From Thermoanaerobaculia bacterium (GTDB taxonomy: Bacteria > Acidobacteriota > Thermoanaerobaculia > UBA5066): a DNA stretch of 64,000 nucleotides. The translations under genes were made by a program, and so were the position numbers. How positions within the stretch are numbered: the stretch's first letter is position 1; each line of letters begins with the position of its first letter. Under the pieces are notes generated by a model. It saw only the letters and a list, made by a program, of their open reading frames with translations. It ran no database searches and was not told where the DNA came from. The DNA lies in NCBI GenBank assembly GCA_963816185.1, contig CAWFJJ010000025.1:224001-288000 (forward strand), written 5' to 3'. This document shows positions 41,671-50,671 of the stretch, piece after piece.

Positions 41671-44442
41671 TCACGGGGTATGTGCGATCCGGAATTCCGA
41701 GCGCATGCGAACGACCGTGTAGGGGTTCCACGTCGACATCGTGTAGCTGATCTTCAACGTGTCGCCGTCGATCTCCGTGAAGCGTTCGATCTGGAAAGGC
41801 GCGTAGACGCCGCCGTGCGTCGTCGCGGGCGGATTGTTCGCGGGAGCGATCGTCGGCCCGTCGAGCTGGTCGTCCGGGACGATGCTCGGGTCGTGAATGA
41901 AAACGCCGAGACCGTTATCGCGCTTCGCGTTGAAGACGAGTTGCGGCGAGCTCCAGGGTCCCCACGGCGCCGGCGCGCACGCGAAGTAGACGCCGTTCGT
42001 GGCCGGCGTCTGACGACCGCCGTCGAACGTCATGAGCCACAGGCCGAGCTCCTGCGCATGGACCACCGAGACGTTTCCGATCATGGGGGTGTCGGGAGGG
42101 TTGTGTCCGAGCGGGTTATCGACGACCAAGGGCACAGCCCCCGACTCCTGGTCCGTCCAGGTGGGCGCGCCGTTCACGAGGCCCGCGAAGTAGCGCGTGC
42201 CCGCCCCGGTCTCGAAGGTGGAGATTGGCACGGTCGCCAGGTAGACGTCCGTGGCGCGGTAGTCACCGAGTCCGAACATCAGGACGTCGCTCCCGGACGC
42301 GTGCAGCGCCAGGTTGATGAAGTGCCCGCCCGGAATCGCCGAGATCGTGCGTCCCGGCGTGAACGTTTTCGCGGCCGGATCGAAGCGGACGAGGATCGAG
42401 GTGTCGTGGATGTGCGGGTTCGGGAGGCTCGTGTCCGAGCCCGTACTGCAGACAATCCAGTCCACGCCGTTCAGGCTGATGCCGGAAGCCGGGACGTCGT
42501 CCGCCCCCATCGCGATGCCGGGCGGCTGGACGAGGAGCGGCCCGCCTCCCGTCGCCGTGAAGTAGTTCAGAAGGAGCCCTGCGCCCGGATCGGTGCTGGG
42601 GCTTGCCGCGAACGTATCGCCGGCGTGGAAGCTGGTGTGTGTGCCGATCGTATCGCCGAAGAGGAAGATGAGTCCCTCGGGAGCTTCGAACGAGTAGCCG
42701 AGGTCGGCCCCTTCGACATCGTATCGAGTGATCGTCCGGCTTGCGGTGGGCGTGCAGACCTTCCGCTGCTCGAGGTCGGGCCAGTCGCAGTCCCCGAGGA
42801 TCTGCTCGACCTTGACGGAGGAGCCCGGAATCCACGTCAAGGCGACGGGAACGGGGACGACCTGCGCGGCGACATAGCTTCCGTCGGAGGTGCCCTGACC
42901 GGGAGCGCTCCCGTCGTTGACCACGCCGTAGGCGAGGAACCGGTCGGCTCCGGCGAGCTTGACGACGTGGACGTAGCCGCTCGTGACGCCGAATGACCGG
43001 AGGACGGCGTTGATCTGCGTCCATCCGCCTGGCGCAAGCGCGGCCGGCGAGAGAGAGCCGGCCAGCCGGCCTGTGTCTCCGTCGTACACGTCGATCCGGA
43101 AGGAGATCGCGGTGCCGACGTCCCCGAGGTTCACGACAGCGAGGTTCGAGTGGTTCGACAAGTTCTGCTGCAAGCCGTAGATCCAGGCTTCGGTCGACGC
43201 GGCGAAGCTGGGGCCGAGGCTCGCGTAGAAGAGGCCGTATTCGCCGGGGCCCGTGCCGGTCACGGGGGCCGAGGTTCGGGCGCCGGCAAAGCCGCTCGCG
43301 ACTCCCGAAGCTTTCTGGAACGTGACCGAGAGCGCGCCGGCGAAAGTCGCCGAGCCCTTCGGGCCGAGAGAGATCCCCCTCTGCCTCAGGAAGTCGATCG
43401 CGCCGGGCAGGATCTGCTGTTCCCCGGGCGCGAGGCTCAGTGTGACGCTGCCGCCCCCTCCTCCCGTCGGGGCGAGGGATTCGACGTACGTCAGATTCGC
43501 CGTCTGGGGAACGGCCAGAGGGTTCGTCAGAACGAGCTCGCTCTGAAACGCTGCGCTTTCGACGAGGACCGGGAGGAACCGCGTCTCCGGCGGCAGCAGG
43601 TCTGCCTCGGCGGCGACGTACGAGCCGTCGTTCGTCGTGTTGTCGTTGATGACCGCGTACGCGATGTACGGGCCGGGTCCGGAGACGAGATCGATCCTCG
43701 CGTAGCCGTTCGTGAAGCCGGCCAGGTCGAGGACCTGCCCGATCTGAATCCACTGTCCCGCTGCGAGCGTGAGGTCGGGCGAGAGAATGAAGGTCCGGTT
43801 GTCGCCGGCGGTTCCCGAGATGAGAGTGACGCGGAGGGTCACGGAGGAGGTCGCCGAAGCATTCACGAGCGCGAGGTTCGTGCGGTCGCTCGCGGAGCTG
43901 CGAAGTCCGTAGAGGTAGGAGCTGCCGGTCAGGGCTTCTCCCACGTCGATTCCGCGGTAGGCCAAGCCCGCCCGCCCGCTCCCCGAGGGAGTGGTGGTCC
44001 GTGCGCCCACGTAGACCGCGTCCGTCGAGGAAATTCCGCTGAACGTGACGCGGAGCGTGCCGCCCTGGTTCGATCCCGCGGGAATGGCGAGGCCTCGGCT
44101 CCTCAAATACGCGATCGTGTTCGGGATGACGAGCTGGCGGCCAGCATCGACGTCGAGGCTGACGGTCCCGCCGCCCGTCGCGCCCAGGGCGGTCGCCGGC
44201 GTATACATGAGGGCGGTTGCGGCCGCCGTCGTCCCGCGATTCGCAAGCGTGAGCTCCGTGGCGTATCGCGCGCCGCCGAGGCCGGTCGCGTCCAGGACGA
44301 TCGGAACGATCTTCGTGGAAGTGAGGTCCGAAGAGGCGGTTGCGGTGGGCTCGAGATCCCTTGGGTCTGCTGAAGCCTTCGCGGCGAAGACGAGGGTGCC
44401 CGCGACCAACAGGACTCTTCGCGTCGAAGGGAATCGCTTCAT
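41671..44442 (-). CDS. Secreted protein C: N-terminal tandem module + DUF4185-like domain
   Basis: Signal peptide; module highly similar to that of protein A; GADLG, FLFGDT, GGVYAPF, MSTWNPYTV DUF4185-type motifs. Confidence 0.78.
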   Translation of the reverse strand: MKRFPSTRRVLLVAGTLVFAAKASADPRDLEPTATASSDLTSTKIVPIVLDATGLGGARYATELTLANRGTTAAATALMYTPATALGATGGGTVSLDVDAGRQLVIPNTIAYLRSRGLAIPAGSNQGGTLRVTFSGISSTDAVYVGARTTTPSGSGRAGLAYRGIDVGEALTGSSYLYGLRSSASDRTNLALVNASATSSVTLRVTLISGTAGDNRTFILSPDLTLAAGQWIQIGQVLDLAGFTNGYARIDLVSGPGPYIAYAVINDNTTNDGSYVAAEADLLPPETRFLPVLVESAAFQSELVLTNPLAVPQTANLTYVESLAPTGGGGGSVTLSLAPGEQQILPGAIDFLRQRGISLGPKGSATFAGALSVTFQKASGVASGFAGARTSAPVTGTGPGEYGLFYASLGPSFAASTEAWIYGLQQNLSNHSNLAVVNLGDVGTAISFRIDVYDGDTGRLAGSLSPAALAPGGWTQINAVLRSFGVTSGYVHVVKLAGADRFLAYGVVNDGSAPGQGTSDGSYVAAQVVPVPVALTWIPGSSVKVEQILGDCDWPDLEQRKVCTPTASRTITRYDVEGADLGYSFEAPEGLIFLFGDTIGTHTSFHAGDTFAASPSTDPGAGLLLNYFTATGGGPLLVQPPGIAMGADDVPASGISLNGVDWIVCSTGSDTSLPNPHIHDTSILVRFDPAAKTFTPGRTISAIPGGHFINLALHASGSDVLMFGLGDYRATDVYLATVPISTFETGAGTRYFAGLVNGAPTWTDQESGAVPLVVDNPLGHNPPDTPMIGNVSVVHAQELGLWLMTFDGGRQTPATNGVYFACAPAPWGPWSSPQLVFNAKRDNGLGVFIHDPSIVPDDQLDGPTIAPANNPPATTHGGVYAPFQIERFTEIDGDTLKISYTMSTWNPYTVVRMRSEFRIAHTP

Positions 44443-44550
44443 CGCGGCCTTGTCCTCCCCGTGCTGCGATAGACGACTCTCCCGACGTGGAGTTGACATG
44501 GTGTGACGCGCGTCATGAGCCCACCGTGAGCCTGGAAGTGCGCCTTCCAC

Positions 44551-46226
44551 TCAGTTCGTCGTGATCGTGAAGCGGCGAGAGGAATACTGCCGTTGAGGTG
44601 GACTCGCGGTGCTCCCGCCCAGGCATCCCCACATGTAGAACACGTAACCGGTCTTGGAGAGGTGGCCGGGTTCGTGGTGAAGCGACATGAAGGACGGATA
44701 CCAGCCCTTGTAGCTCGGGCATCCGAAGGACCCGGGCGGCGTGCCCGTGTCCCACGGCATCCAGGAGCCCGTGATCTCCAGCGGCACGCTCCAGCGAGAC
44801 GGGTCGGACAGGTCGTAACTCGTAGAGTAGAACCAGGCCGAGCCTCGCTGGCCGGCGTCCGTACCCGTGAGCGGGTCGCCCGCGGAATCGCACACGAAGG
44901 TGAGCAAATACTGATCCGTGTCCTCGACGTAGCTGACCGACCCTTGCGATCTCGTCTGGCTGGGATCTCCGCAGTTGCCGAAGGCGCCCTTCTGCAGGAT
45001 GGGAGCTTCGCTACCTCCCATGCCTTTCGCGGCAAAGGCGCTTCCGTCCCACTTGAGGAATTGGAGTTGGGCGTCCCCGCCGTTGATCTTCGCGCGAGCC
45101 AGCGCCAGATCGCTCTTGCGCCCGTCGGGCAGCTGGTCTTGCGGCTTGGCCAGGTCCCCGGGAATGTACTGATGGACGGTGTAAACGTACGGCGCCGGGC
45201 CGCCTTCGTCCTCGCCCTCTCCGCCGCCGCTGCTCGAGCCCCGAGCGTCATCCACGAACGCGGACGGCTCCGAGTCGCCCAGAGAGCTCGTGAGGGGCTG
45301 TCTCGACTTCATCACGAAATCGAGCGAGACGGGCGGCGCGAGAACCGCCTGCCGGCCATAGCTCGGTGGCGGAGTCGGTCCGCAGTCGGTGCCCATGCAA
45401 ACGAACGGTCCGGACGCGCCGAAAGGCGCGTCCGGGCCCTGAGCCTTGTTCCCCGGAAGCGGGTTGGCATCGGGGAGCGGGACGAAATCGAACGTGGGGG
45501 TCCCGCGGTAGGTGGGCCAGGTACGCCCACCGTCGAGGGACGTCGCGGCGCCGGTCGCAATGTAGGCGCCGTCTCCAGACTTTCTCCCGCCGTCGTTGTC
45601 AACGCACGCGTTGGCTCCCTCGTAGATCATGAGTAGCTGCCCGGGCCGGCCCCTCGGGTCCCTGACCACGGATCCGGCCGCGGCGTAACCGAGATCGAAC
45701 GTCTGGTCCTGGGAGGCGACGTCCGTGACCTGCGGGCAGAGCCTTGGCGTGCCGGGGCGAGGAAGACCGTCCCGAAACCCTCGTCGTAGTTGCCGTAGTC
45801 GCGGGCGAAGTCCGTCGTCCACTGGCCGGTCTTGCCCGGCCCGGAGCCGCCCGACAGCACGACCACGCCGATGTCCGGGTTGACCGACGTGCCGCTCGCG
45901 ACGAAGAGCAGATAGTCCTTGTTGCCGCGCAAAGAGCCCGGCGGAAAGATCGACGCGTGCTCGTCGGTCGCGCCGTGCACGCCGTTCGCGTTGATCACCT
46001 GGCCGTCGGGGCCGAGAACGAGCCGATGGGTGTCGAACGTGCCGTTCGGACAGCTCGGCCCGGGATCACCGCTGCCCTCTGAGCACACGGTGATCGACAC
46101 GATCGAGGGAGGATGACGCGGCGCTGCCCCCGGCTGCGCGACCGCCGCCGCTCCGCAGGTTGCCATGATCAGAGCCAGCGCCGAGGCCGCCAGACCCTGC
46201 TCGAAGCGAGCCCCCGAGTTCGTCAT
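44551..46226 (-). CDS. Secreted protein D: stand-alone paralog of the protein A catalytic domain (frameshift ~45750)
   Basis: Shares DEH..PP, YA..G.V..DP, MIYE, SxDxGxTWP, YLxTFVC, GWYPSFMS, VFYMxGC and RxFTI with protein A; strong RBS. Confidence 0.75.
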
Positions 46227-46356
46227 GAACTCCTCCTTCCGGACGTGCCTCCCGCCCAACTCTGCTGCGAGGGGAAGGATTCGACCGCTGGATGGTAGGG
46301 AGGAGGGCTCCCGAATCCCCCATCAACTCTGCCAGTCAAATCGCCCGCGATTGCCT

Positions 46357-47031
46357 TTAGCGGACCAGCCGCTGCCGAAGGGCCTTGGCGACCGCCTCCG
46401 ACTTGGAGTGGACCTGAAGCTTTCCGTAGATGTTCTGCATGTGGAAGTTGATCGTGCTGAAGGTCACGCCCAGCTCCGCGGCCGCGCTCTGGTAGTTGTG
46501 GCCCTCGACGAGCAGCTTCAGGAGCTTCAGCTCGTGTGCCGTCAGGTCGTAGTCACCCGTCTCGGGAGGTCGGATCCCGCGGAAGAGCTTCAGGACGCGC
46601 AGGGCCACCTCCGGTGACATCGGTGCACCGTGGAGGGCCTCCCCGAGGCTCTCCAGGAGCTTTGCGGGCGGGGTCTTTTTCAGCAGGTACCCGCTTGCGC
46701 CCGCGCACAGCGCCTCGAAGATGCGCTCATCGTCCTCGTAGACCGTGAGCATCAGCGGGGCGACGCGAGGGTACTTCTCGCGAAGCAAAGGCAGACCTTT
46801 GATTCCCGACATACCGGGCAAGCCGATGTCGACCAGAGCGACGTCGGGGACCTCGTTCCAGGTGTGCGCCAGCGCATCCTCCATCGAGCGGAATGCGCCC
46901 GTGCACCGGTATCCCTGGGTCCCGTTGATGAGCGCGCCGAGCCCCTCCCGAATGCGCCGGTCATCCTCGATGATGACGACCTTGATCGGGCCGGCGCGCG
47001 CGGGCGACTGGGTGGATCCGCTGCTCAGCAA
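46357..47031 (-). CDS. NarL/LuxR-type response regulator
   Basis: IEDD, VDIGLPGMSG, GASGYLLK, C-terminal HTH NIYGKLQVHSKSEAV. Confidence 0.93.
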   Translation of the reverse strand: MLSSGSTQSPARAGPIKVVIIEDDRRIREGLGALINGTQGYRCTGAFRSMEDALAHTWNEVPDVALVDIGLPGMSGIKGLPLLREKYPRVAPLMLTVYEDDERIFEALCAGASGYLLKKTPPAKLLESLGEALHGAPMSPEVALRVLKLFRGIRPPETGDYDLTAHELKLLKLLVEGHNYQSAAAELGVTFSTINFHMQNIYGKLQVHSKSEAVAKALRQRLVR

Positions 47032-47041
47032 GGTTCTGAGA

Positions 47042-50000
47042 CTAGCGGAAACTGCGACTCAATTTCCCCCTCAACACTGACAGGCGCTTCGACGACTCGA
47101 GGCGCGCCGTCAGAATCAGGCTCGTGCCCCGGCCCGCTGCGGACGTCAGCTCCAGCGTTCCGCCCCCGGCTGCGGCGCGTTTGCGCATGCTGACGAGCCC
47201 GTTCCCTTCGTGCTCCACGGACGGATCGAAGCCCCTGCCGTTGTCGATCAGCCGCAGGACGAAGCCATCTTCGGCGGTGGAAAGATCCACCTTCACCTCG
47301 CTCGCACCGGAGTGCCGCGCGATGTTGTTGATTCCTTCCTTGAAGATCAGGTAGACCTGCCGCCGGGCGTCGGCGCCGATTCTCAGATCGTCGTCGGTGG
47401 CGGAAGACGCGAAATGAAGGCCAATCTTCTGGGCGCCGAGCAGATCAGTGGCGAAGCGGCGCATGCGGTGCGTCAGATCCCTCACGCGGTCGTGCTCGGG
47501 GTTGATGGCCCAGACGATGTCGCTCATCGAGTCGACGAGCTCGCGTGAGATTCCAGCGATTTCGGAAAGCGGTGTTGTGTCCCGGGGAGCCGGGCCGTTC
47601 GACGCTCTTTGCGCGACCTCGCTCAGGATCGCGATCTGGGACAGGCTCGCTCCGATGTCGTCGTGCAGGTCCGTCGCGATCCGGGTCCTGATGTTGGCCA
47701 CGGCAAGTAACTGCGCCAGACGGCGGCGATGCAGGGCGTAGATGATAAGGAGAGCCGCGACGCAACAAGCGGCCATGAACCACCAGGTGCGCCACACGGG
47801 CGGCAGAACCGCAAACGCGAGGGACGCGGGTTGCCGGCTCGTCGCGCCTTCGCTAGAGATCGCGCGAACCACGAAGCGATAGCTCCCGGCGGAAAGACCG
47901 GCATAGACGACGCTGCGCTGGTTGGTCATCGCGCTCCAGTCGCGATCGGCGCCTTCGAGCTTGTACTGATAACGGAGCGCCTCGCCGGGCGAGAAGTCGA
48001 GACCCACGAAATCGATGCGAAGTGGGCTCCGGCGCAAGAGGAGGCCCGAGACGGCAGTCTGGCCGAGATCGGAGATCGGCTGCGGGACGCCTCCGACGGC
48101 GAGGCCGGTCACCAGCACCGGAGGCGGCGCGCGCGGGCGATCGAGCGTGGGAACGAGCCTGGAGACCCCGAGCGGCGTCGAGAACCAGAGCGCTCCGGTG
48201 CGGTCGCGCAGCGCGAGCTGCAGCTCGCCCGCAGCGATGCCGTCGGCGGTGGTGTAGTGCTTGATGCGGCCGAGCCCGGCGGGTTGCGGCTCGAACCGGT
48301 CGATGCCTCGGCCCGTTGCGGCATAGATGCGGCCCCAGCCATCTTCCACGATGGCGGCGACGTCGCTGCTGGAAAGTCCGCCGCTCGCGTCGTATCGGAC
48401 GAAGACGGGATGGTCCCGCGTCGGGTCGTCGAGACGGAGCAGCCCGTCGGAGGTTCCGATCCAGAGGCGCCGCTTCGAATCGACGTAGATCTCCCGGACG
48501 TTTCCCGTGACGCCCGCCTCCGGGCCGAAGACCGTGAACCGGCGGCCGCGCCAGCGCGCCAGACCGCCGTGGAAGAGGCCGATCCAGATGTCGCCGTCCG
48601 GGGCCTCGCCGAGCGCCGTCGGAACCGGATGCGCGGGCAGTCCGTCTGCCGCGGTGAACGCCCGCACGCGGCCCGTCGCGCGATCGAGGAGCGCGAGCCC
48701 ATCCTCATTGCCGGGCCCGATCGTTCCGATCCAAACGTCGCCCCGGGAGTCCGTGAAGACGCGAAAGACGTTGCTCCCCGCGAGTCCGTCGCGGGTCGTG
48801 TAGACCCGCACGGGCCGCGCGCCGCCGAGCTGCTCGACCCGGCCGACGCTTGAGAACCGGCAGAGCCCCTGCCCAGTCGCGATCCACCACTCTCCGGACC
48901 CGTCCTCCGCCGCGATCTGCCCGCGGCCCCATCCGAAGTAGGTAATCGCGGCGGGCCATGCCGGCCGAATCCGCGTGAACCGCCGGCCGTCGAAGCGGGC
49001 GATGTCCAGCCCCGACTCGCTGCCGTGCACGACGCACAGCTCGCCGGCCCGGGTCTCGACGAGCGCGGACGTCTGCGGCACGCCATCGGCGTCCGTGTAC
49101 GTCGTGAACCCGTTGCGGGCCACCTTCATCGCGCCGGAGCCGAACGTGCCGACCCAGAGGTTTCCGTCGCGATCCTCCGCGAGCGCGCCGACCGTTCGCG
49201 CGCTCAGGCCCTGTGCGAGCGTGTAGCTCTCGAACTCGTGCCCGTCCGGGGACTCGCCGGCGCTCCGGCGCACAAGTCCCCGCGTCGTCCCGACCCACAG
49301 CGTGCCGTCCGACGTCTCGAGGAGCGACTCGATGCGCACGCCGGCGAGGCCGTCGGCGGCACCTCGGACGCGCATCCGTCTCGGCCCGCCCGGGGCGGCG
49401 GGTACCTCGAGGCTCACGAGACCTCCCCGAGTCCCGACCCAGATCCGGCCTTCGTGGTCCTCGAGCAGCGCCATGACGTACGGATTCTGCAGGGCGATCG
49501 CGATATGACGCGTCGTCCCGTCTCGGTCGCGGCTGGTGAGCCCGTCCCGTCCGCCGACCCACAGTGTGCCGCGCCGGTCGACGAGGATCGCCGTCACGGC
49601 CGGCTCGCCCGTCGGCAAGTCCACGCGGTGGAAAGAGGAGTCCTTCGGATCGAGGCGGAAGAGTCCGCCGTTGTCGGTATCGGAGCCGCACCAGACGCCG
49701 CCCGAAGGGTCTTCGTAGAGCACAGACGGAGCCACCGCGCCGCGTGCGCCGCCGAGCGGCGTGCGAATGAACCGGGAGGCACCGCTGCCCGTGGGATCGA
49801 AACGGCAGAGGCCGGCGCCGGTTGCGATCCAATAGACGCCGTCGCGCGTCACGAGGAAGTCGACGACGAAGTTCGACGGCAGTCCCTGCTCGGTGTGGTA
49901 GTTCGTGAACTGGTATCCGTCGAAGCGCGACAGCCCCTCCGCGGTTCCGAACCAGAGAAAGCCCTGAGGGTCCTGAGCGATCGCGAGCACGTGGTCCCGG

Positions 50001-50104
50001 GCCAGGCCGTCGGCGGTCGTATAGGTCTTGATCGGTAGACGGCTCGCTTCGAGAAGCGGAGGCGCGAGGAGCAACACAACGAAAGGGGCGAGGAGCTCCT
50101 TCAC
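47042..50104 (-). CDS. Sensor histidine kinase with periplasmic Reg_prop beta-propellers, Y_Y_Y domain and HisKA_3
   Basis: Repeated DxxGxLWxGT blades, YQYKLEG..W..Y..L..GSYRF, TM helix, IATDLHDDIG, GNGL. Confidence 0.92.
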   Translation of the reverse strand: MKELLAPFVVLLLAPPLLEASRLPIKTYTTADGLARDHVLAIAQDPQGFLWFGTAEGLSRFDGYQFTNYHTEQGLPSNFVVDFLVTRDGVYWIATGAGLCRFDPTGSGASRFIRTPLGGARGAVAPSVLYEDPSGGVWCGSDTDNGGLFRLDPKDSSFHRVDLPTGEPAVTAILVDRRGTLWVGGRDGLTSRDRDGTTRHIAIALQNPYVMALLEDHEGRIWVGTRGGLVSLEVPAAPGGPRRMRVRGAADGLAGVRIESLLETSDGTLWVGTTRGLVRRSAGESPDGHEFESYTLAQGLSARTVGALAEDRDGNLWVGTFGSGAMKVARNGFTTYTDADGVPQTSALVETRAGELCVVHGSESGLDIARFDGRRFTRIRPAWPAAITYFGWGRGQIAAEDGSGEWWIATGQGLCRFSSVGRVEQLGGARPVRVYTTRDGLAGSNVFRVFTDSRGDVWIGTIGPGNEDGLALLDRATGRVRAFTAADGLPAHPVPTALGEAPDGDIWIGLFHGGLARWRGRRFTVFGPEAGVTGNVREIYVDSKRRLWIGTSDGLLRLDDPTRDHPVFVRYDASGGLSSSDVAAIVEDGWGRIYAATGRGIDRFEPQPAGLGRIKHYTTADGIAAGELQLALRDRTGALWFSTPLGVSRLVPTLDRPRAPPPVLVTGLAVGGVPQPISDLGQTAVSGLLLRRSPLRIDFVGLDFSPGEALRYQYKLEGADRDWSAMTNQRSVVYAGLSAGSYRFVVRAISSEGATSRQPASLAFAVLPPVWRTWWFMAACCVAALLIIYALHRRRLAQLLAVANIRTRIATDLHDDIGASLSQIAILSEVAQRASNGPAPRDTTPLSEIAGISRELVDSMSDIVWAINPEHDRVRDLTHRMRRFATDLLGAQKIGLHFASSATDDDLRIGADARRQVYLIFKEGINNIARHSGASEVKVDLSTAEDGFVLRLIDNGRGFDPSVEHEGNGLVSMRKRAAAGGGTLELTSAAGRGTSLILTARLESSKRLSVLRGKLSRSFR

Positions 50105-50182
50105 GGACGATTCATTCTAGTGGACGGCCCGCGAACGAGTGGACGGACCGCGAACGAACGAGGCGGCCGACCGTCGCGAGGG

Positions 50183-50671
50183 TCAGGATGCCGGCTTTTG
50201 GAACGTGCGGAGATAGAGGACGAGGTCGTCGATCTGGCGGGGCGACAGCGTGTGTCCCCACGGGGGCATGAGCGCGGAGAGGCCCACGCCGGCCCCGCCG
50301 CGCCGGATCGCGTCGGCGAGCTCGGCATCGCTCTTCTTCTTCTGGAATTCCGGGTCCGAGAGGTCGCGCGGACGTGGATCCAGGTTGAAGGCGTTGAAGC
50401 CGTCGCCGGCCCCCGACTCCCCGTGGCACGTCTTGCAGTAGTGCGTGAACGTGATCTTGCCGAGGCCGGCCTCGTACGAGAGCGGTGTCGGCGGTGTGGG
50501 TGCGGGCGCTTCGGGAGCCGGTGCGGTGGATGCCGGCGCGGTGGATGCCGGTGCGGTGGATGCCTGCGGGGCGGGCGCCTTCGCTGCCGCGGCGGGCGCC
50601 GGCTTCCGGGCACAGGCAACCGGCACGAGCAGGAAGACGAACGGGACAAGCGTCGCAACCCGGAATCTCAT
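50183..50671 (-). CDS. Monoheme cytochrome c lipoprotein
   Basis: Lipobox PVAC, ASTAP linker repeats, CKTCH, MPPW. Confidence 0.85.
   Translation of the reverse strand: MRFRVATLVPFVFLLVPVACARKPAPAAAAKAPAPQASTAPASTAPASTAPAPEAPAPTPPTPLSYEAGLGKITFTHYCKTCHGESGAGDGFNAFNLDPRPRDLSDPEFQKKKSDAELADAIRRGGAGVGLSALMPPWGHTLSPRQIDDLVLYLRTFQKPAS
50520..50564. repeat. 3 x 15-bp tandem repeat encoding the ASTAP linker
   Basis: GGTGCGGTGGATGCC / GGCGCGGTGGATGCC / GGTGCGGTGGATGCC. Confidence 0.9.

Noticed and set aside
14700-45760. Programmed frameshifting at 14718, 39614 or 45750
   Set aside because: No slippery heptamers; single indels in GC runs fit sequencing error
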